Shown here: positions 58,961-64,000 of the stretch, one piece after another | Layout of the letters: the number at the start of each line of letters is the position of its first letter | Position numbering within the stretch: the stretch's first letter is position 1 | Origin: Candidatus Dojkabacteria bacterium | GTDB taxonomy: Bacteria > Patescibacteriota > Dojkabacteria > SC72 | DNA length: 64,000 nucleotides | Reading direction: 5' to 3' | NCBI GenBank assembly: GCA_012513575.1 | Contig: JAAZBX010000002.1 | Span: forward strand, 104,574-168,573 | Notes under the pieces: model-generated | The model's database searches: none | Told to the model about the DNA's origin: nothing | The model's input: the letters and a program-made list of their open reading frames with translations, nothing else | Program-made: the position numbers and the translations under genes

Positions 58961-59197
58961 TTGGCATCGGTTACGAAGGACCCTGAAAAATTAAGAATAC
59001 ACAGATTTTTCAATTGGACTTGTCAAGAATGTGGGAAAAAAGAGGATCCCAGTTATCCGATCTTCACAATCCATCACATTAACCCCAAATCTAATGGGGG
59101 AACATCAAACCTTTCCAATCTTCTTCTCTTGTGTCAATCTTGTCACAGAAGGCTTCATCATTCGGAGCAGAAAAGAAACAAAAAGAGGAAGAAATAG
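58961..59197 (+). CDS. Small stand-alone HNH endonuclease
   Basis: CQECG...IHHINP...GG...NLLLLCQSCH; SD AAGGAG 58950-58955. Confidence 0.88.
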   Translation: MASVTKDPEKLRIHRFFNWTCQECGKKEDPSYPIFTIHHINPKSNGGTSNLSNLLLLCQSCHRRLHHSEQKRNKKRKK

Positions 59198-59209
59198 AAG
59201 GGACTAGGG

Positions 59210-59256
59210 AAGGGAGGTATTAAATATATCTTGCTACAAGTATAAGTACCTCCCTT
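59210..59256 (+). terminator. Stem-loop after the HNH gene (putative terminator)
   Basis: AAGGGAGGTA 59210-59219 / TACCTCCCTT 59247-59256 perfect inverted repeat with inner CTTG/CAAG stem. Confidence 0.55.
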
Positions 59257-59287
59257 TAATCTTCCTCGTAATGATATATAATTAAGT

Positions 59288-59677
59288 ATGGAAGACAATA
59301 ATCAAAAAGAAAGGTCTGTTAAGTCTTTACTTACCAGTATATTGAGCTTGTTAATTGGTCTCTTTATCCTTGGTTCCATATTAAAAAATAGAAAGGATGA
59401 AGATTCTAAGTCAGAACTAAAGGAAAAGCCGCAAACTCCAGATAAAGAGGAAATTGTACAGGATAGTGTAAAGAATGTTGTTGGATTGAACAAAAGGCAA
59501 GCAGAAATTCTTGCAGAAGTAAGTAGGTTAAAAGAAATTACGCCTTCCGAATTGTATAAATTGCAACCAAATGTTTCTTCCAGAACTCTAAGAAGGGATA
59601 TGGATGTTCTTGTTAACAAAGGATTGGTAAGTCAAGATGGGAGCACAAAATCAACTAAGTATACATATTTAGGATGA
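59288..59677 (+). CDS. Membrane-anchored winged-helix (DeoR-like HTH) protein
   Basis: N-terminal TM; LNKRQAEIL...VSSRTLRRDMDVLVNKGLV...GSTKSTKY. Confidence 0.8.
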   Translation: MEDNNQKERSVKSLLTSILSLLIGLFILGSILKNRKDEDSKSELKEKPQTPDKEEIVQDSVKNVVGLNKRQAEILAEVSRLKEITPSELYKLQPNVSSRTLRRDMDVLVNKGLVSQDGSTKSTKYTYLG

Positions 59678-61497
59678 AGAACAGTAAAACTACTTTCAAA
59701 GAGATAAGTGAAATATTTCAAACAATAGAGGAAATTGCCTCAAGGAATGAGATTACGGAAATACTAGCATCTTTTTACAGAGAATTGACGAGCGAAGAGG
59801 GAGAGATTCTTTCATACTTGATATTAGGTAGGGTTGCACCATTTTTTGTAAATAGTGAGTTTAACTATTCTGAAAAAAGCCTAATTTCATTGTTAGAAAA
59901 GTATGCAAAAGCCAAGGATATCGATATCAGAGTTCAGCAGGAGAGAGATAGATTGGGGGATATTGGTGATACAGTAAAACTTTTTTCCGAAAAGTGTGGG
60001 TTTGTTTCAAAAGGGGCATCCCTTTTTGAGGCCTATGATACCCTTTGGGGTATTGTAAAAACAGAGGGAAATGGTTCTGTGGAAAGGAAAAATTCAATTA
60101 TCTTGGGTGCTTTGGAATCCTTTTCTCCTTTGGAAGCGAAATACTTTGTTAGAGTAATTTGTGGGCAGTTAAGATTTGGCATTAGCTTTAAGACTCTCCT
60201 TGATGTTTTCTCTTTCGTTGTTGTTGGCGATAAAAGCTTACGATTGGATTTGGATAGGGCATATGGAATCTGTGCTGATATCGGATATATTTACAGCTGT
60301 ATAGCTCAAAAAGCAAGAATGGAAGCTGTAGAAAGTTTGAAAAATTTAAAAATACAACCTGGTATCCCAGTTATGCCTAGGTTGGTCGAAAGAGTAGGCT
60401 CTTTTGAAGAAACGTTTGAAAGAACAGGTTCGCCTGCTCTTGTTCAGCCAAAATTTGATGGACTTAGGTGTCAAATTCATAAATATGAAAGTAAGGATTT
60501 TGAGCACAGGGAATATATTTGGAAAAAATATCTCTCACGAAAAGATATTGGTCTTTTTGAACAAGCTTCAAATGATGTTGAGATTAAGCTTTTTACCAGG
60601 AATCTAGAAGATGTTACAGAAATGTTCCCAGAGATTGCTGAATCTGCAAAAGCAATTTCTGACAAATCATTTATTTTGGATTCCGAAGTTTTGGGATTTA
60701 AGGATGGGAAGTTTCTTCCTTTCCAAGATACGATGCAGAGAAGGAGAAAATATTCAATTGGAGATGCATCAAAAAATATCCCTGTAAAGGGGATGGTTTT
60801 TGATGTGCTGTTCCTAAATGGAAAAGATTTGATTGAACAAGATACACAAAAAAGGGTAGAGACACTAAGTAAAATTGAAATGGGAGAAAGCCTTGAGCTT
60901 TGTGAGACTAAAGAGGTTTCTGACTTAGATAGCTTGATGCAGATATTTCATGAGAATGTTGAGAAAGGATATGAAGGAGTAATTGTGAAAATGCTTTCAG
61001 GTGAATATCTCCCAGGTGTGAGAAACTATGATTGGATTAAGTTAAAAAAGAGTATGATGAATACATTGGTGGATACTGTAGATTTGGTTTGTGTTGGCTA
61101 CTATTACGGTTCTGGAAGGAGATCAGATTTTGGTGTGGGAGCAATATTGGGTGCTTTGTATAACGAGAAGACAGATGGATATGAGGCTATTTGTAAGGTA
61201 GGAACAGGTTTTAGTGATGAGCAGTTGCGAAGCATTAAAGGGCAGTTGGAGACAAAGATTGAGGAGGGCCAACCACAGAATGTTCTTTGTCCAGAGAATC
61301 TTAAACCAGATATTTGGGTATATCCAGAAGTTGTATTTACTGTTGAAGCAGATGAAATTACAAAAAGGTTGGGAGAGGAGAATATCGGAGGTGGTCTCTC
61401 ACTTAGATTCCCAAGATTGGTGGAGTGGAATAGGGACAAAAGTTCTAATGATGCCACAAGAGTTAGTGAACTGATTAAGATGTTCGAGATGAAGTAG
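59674..61497 (+). CDS. ATP-dependent DNA ligase with N-terminal DNA-binding domain
   Basis: QPKFDGLRCQIH (motif I), ILDSE, VFDVL, EGVIVK, WIKLK, SLRFPR. Confidence 0.95.
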   Translation: MKNSKTTFKEISEIFQTIEEIASRNEITEILASFYRELTSEEGEILSYLILGRVAPFFVNSEFNYSEKSLISLLEKYAKAKDIDIRVQQERDRLGDIGDTVKLFSEKCGFVSKGASLFEAYDTLWGIVKTEGNGSVERKNSIILGALESFSPLEAKYFVRVICGQLRFGISFKTLLDVFSFVVVGDKSLRLDLDRAYGICADIGYIYSCIAQKARMEAVESLKNLKIQPGIPVMPRLVERVGSFEETFERTGSPALVQPKFDGLRCQIHKYESKDFEHREYIWKKYLSRKDIGLFEQASNDVEIKLFTRNLEDVTEMFPEIAESAKAISDKSFILDSEVLGFKDGKFLPFQDTMQRRRKYSIGDASKNIPVKGMVFDVLFLNGKDLIEQDTQKRVETLSKIEMGESLELCETKEVSDLDSLMQIFHENVEKGYEGVIVKMLSGEYLPGVRNYDWIKLKKSMMNTLVDTVDLVCVGYYYGSGRRSDFGVGAILGALYNEKTDGYEAICKVGTGFSDEQLRSIKGQLETKIEEGQPQNVLCPENLKPDIWVYPEVVFTVEADEITKRLGEENIGGGLSLRFPRLVEWNRDKSSNDATRVSELIKMFEMK

Positions 61498-61618
61498 TAG
61501 GTTGATATTTCCTCATTGATGGTAAGACAATATCTATTTGTGTATACAAATGATAGTCAAACCGGAGGTGTTTTTTTTCTTTTTACAATACAAAAACCTT
61601 CATATATAATCCCAGGTT

Positions 61619-63061
61619 ATGATTTCAGGCAAAAACATAACTAAGAAATTTGATGACCGAGTTCTTTTCTCTAAGATTGATTTCAAGCTTTCTGGAAACA
61701 AAAAAGTTGGTCTAGTAGGAAGAAATGGCTGTGGGAAAACGACACTCCTTAAACTAATTGTTGGAGAGGAGGATACAACAGAGGGTAAAATTAGCAAAGT
61801 AGCTGAATATGTAGGGTATATCCCTCAAGAATTTTCTTTTCCAAACGAAATGGTGGGTATATATCTTGAAGAGCAACTTGAAAATTCATGGGATGGGTAC
61901 AAGATTGAAAAATTAGCTTCTCAGCTTGAATTTACGAATTTTGACCCTTACCAAAATTTAAACACATTAAGTGAGGGTCAGAAAATGAAGGTAAAGTTAA
62001 TCGAACTTTTACTTCATGATCCAACAACACTTTTAATTGACGAGCCTACAAATCACTTAGATATTGAGGGAATAGAGTGGTTTGAGAAATATATTAAAAG
62101 AGTGCAGATCCCAGTGTTGATGATCTCTCATGATAGGCAGTTTTTGAATAATGTTGTTGACGAAATATGGGAGATTGAAAGACATGGATTAATCAAATAT
62201 GTAGGGAATTATGATAATTACAAGGAAGAAAAATATAAGTTGATCGAGAAATGGAATGATGAATTCAAATTACAGGAAAGAAAAAGAGCTCAGTTAGAGA
62301 GATTGTTAGAAAATGTTAGAAAAATCGGTGCTGGGCACCAAAGATCAAGAGCAATTAGTGCGGCTAAGACTAGGATTGAGAGGTTGGATAGAGTGAAAAC
62401 TGAGAAATACGAAAACAATGTTATCGAAGAAATTAAAATTAAGACAGAAGTACACAAATCAAAGCTTATGTTAAGAGTATCTGACTTAACAATGAATTAC
62501 GGGGATATCAAGGTGTTTGAGGGTTTAGATTTGGAAATTAGAGGAGGTGAAAAAATTTGGCTTTTTGGCCCTAATGGGGCTGGTAAAACAACTTTTGTAA
62601 AACTAGTGATGGGGTTGGAGAAGCCAAAGAGAGGAGAGGTAAAGATAGGTGATAACTTGAGAATAGGTTACTTTTCTCAGATACAGGAGACAAAGGGGTG
62701 CTTGAAGAATATTCGGGAAGAGTTTATCGACAGAACAAAATGTTTTTACGGTAATTCTGGGGGATATTTATCTAAGTTCCTTTTCACTAAAAATGATATT
62801 GAACTTAAAAGTCTAAAGCAATTAAGTCCGGGGGAAAGGGCAAGGTTTGAGTTCGCCGTGTTTAGCTACAAAGATTACGATATGCTAATTCTTGATGAGC
62901 CAGATAACCATTTAGATATTGAAACTAAGGAGGTTCTAGAGCAAAGTCTTAAAGAGTATAGTGGGACAATATTGTTGGTGTCTCATGACAGATATTTTGT
63001 CGCAAATAGCGGAATAACGAGCGTATTAAATCTCAAAGATGGGGAATTAAGGAATTGTTAG
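61619..63061 (+). CDS. ABC-F family ATPase
   Basis: Two NBDs (GRNGCGKT/LSEGQ/DEPTNHLD and GPNGAGKT/LSPGE/DEPDNHLD), no TM. Confidence 0.92.
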   Translation: MISGKNITKKFDDRVLFSKIDFKLSGNKKVGLVGRNGCGKTTLLKLIVGEEDTTEGKISKVAEYVGYIPQEFSFPNEMVGIYLEEQLENSWDGYKIEKLASQLEFTNFDPYQNLNTLSEGQKMKVKLIELLLHDPTTLLIDEPTNHLDIEGIEWFEKYIKRVQIPVLMISHDRQFLNNVVDEIWEIERHGLIKYVGNYDNYKEEKYKLIEKWNDEFKLQERKRAQLERLLENVRKIGAGHQRSRAISAAKTRIERLDRVKTEKYENNVIEEIKIKTEVHKSKLMLRVSDLTMNYGDIKVFEGLDLEIRGGEKIWLFGPNGAGKTTFVKLVMGLEKPKRGEVKIGDNLRIGYFSQIQETKGCLKNIREEFIDRTKCFYGNSGGYLSKFLFTKNDIELKSLKQLSPGERARFEFAVFSYKDYDMLILDEPDNHLDIETKEVLEQSLKEYSGTILLVSHDRYFVANSGITSVLNLKDGELRNC

Positions 63062-63146
63062 TATTGTTTTCTAGTGGAGCTTTTGGTATAAAACATTTAT
63101 ATTATTCTACTGCTCACAAATTAATATAAATTAATAGCAACTTTTT

Positions 63147-63836
63147 ATGGAGAGCAGTACTTCCGAGTTCAAATCCCGACCAGAAAAATTAGTTGGAGTT
63201 TACGGCCAACAAATACCTTCTATTGAAGGACTTTCTGTTGATCCTTTAAATTTTTGTATTAGAGATAGTGGCCTAATAGTCCCGGAAAGACTTTATAATC
63301 CTTCATATTCTATATTTCTCTCAGGAGATGTGGATGTAGAGATGCTTGATTATCTAAAAAACGAATTGATTGAACTCGAAGAATCGGATATATTTGTTAA
63401 GAATCTTAATATTGATTTGGCCTCTTACGGTGGCGAGGTGTACTATGGCTTTGCTGTCTATGATGCATTGTCAATTTTTAGGAAGGAAAAAAATCTTTCT
63501 ATTACAACCACAAGTATTGGTCCAGTTATGTCAATGGCGGCATTAATCCTTCAAGTAGGAGATGTTCGAAGGATGTCAGCAAATTCTGTTATGTTAATTC
63601 ATCCTATAACGGGACTGGCTACGGGAAGTAAAAATGAGATAAAAGCAGAGTCAGTTCAAATGGATAGACTGGATAAAGTATATAGCGAAATTCTTGTTGC
63701 AAGAGCCCAGGCGAGTGGGGTAGAGAGCACAACGGAGAAGGTGTTGGAAGAAATAACTAATGCACATAATGGGGTTGGGACATATCTTTCTGCTCAAGAA
63801 GCTAAGAAATATGGCTTTGTGGATGAAGTAATTTAA
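63147..63836 (+). CDS. ClpP-family serine protease (divergent)
   Basis: SYGGEV, VMSMAA (Ser), MLIHP (His), YLSAQEAKKYGFVDEV. Confidence 0.82.
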   Translation: MESSTSEFKSRPEKLVGVYGQQIPSIEGLSVDPLNFCIRDSGLIVPERLYNPSYSIFLSGDVDVEMLDYLKNELIELEESDIFVKNLNIDLASYGGEVYYGFAVYDALSIFRKEKNLSITTTSIGPVMSMAALILQVGDVRRMSANSVMLIHPITGLATGSKNEIKAESVQMDRLDKVYSEILVARAQASGVESTTEKVLEEITNAHNGVGTYLSAQEAKKYGFVDEVI

Positions 63837-64000
63837 AGAATATTGTATTGTTTAGTATTAGGGATTGTTGGAGATACTGTTAATTTTATTCCTGTCGCAA
63901 TAACATATGCTGGAGACAAATTATGTCCTCAATAAGGGTACTTGCATAGCAAAAATTTCTATGCTATACTTCTGCTCACGAGTTTGGGAATATATTTAAA

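Noticed and set aside
61619-63061. Antibiotic-resistance ABC-F with an attenuator leader
   Set aside because: Subfamily cannot be assigned by eye, and TATAAT 8 nt before the ATG leaves no room for a leader peptide

Overview
AT-rich chromosomal window containing the replication origin of a small-genome bacterium. Gene content points to Patescibacteria/CPR (inference; TGA is a stop, so code 11). It holds the jag-yidC-yidD-rnpA-rpmH / dnaA-oriC-dnaN core, tmRNA, smpB and five tRNAs: Ser-CGA, Ser-GCT, an unusual Ile-UAU, fMet and Met. It also carries a type IV pilus operon, a Cys-rich thioredoxin/membrane locus, a single-polypeptide restriction-modification enzyme, nfo and a UvrD-nuclease fusion. 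Six tandem VirB2/TrbC-like pilins lie near a SpoIID-type hydrolase and a VirD4-like ATPase, followed by a Xer recombinase, efp, ftsH, polA, an ATP-dependent ligase, an ABC-F and a ClpP-like gene. No rRNA, CRISPR array or transposase was seen. The most interesting candidates are tRNA-Ile(UAU) with a GNAT gene 13 nt downstream, the pilin-array/T4SS-like DNA-handling neighbourhood, pervasive leaderless-type gene starts, the CPYC/CPLC/CCIE redox or metal locus, a frameshifted Sir2-like gene beside tmRNA, and several small ORFs missing from the ORF track. All product calls come from motif recognition by eye, not database searches.
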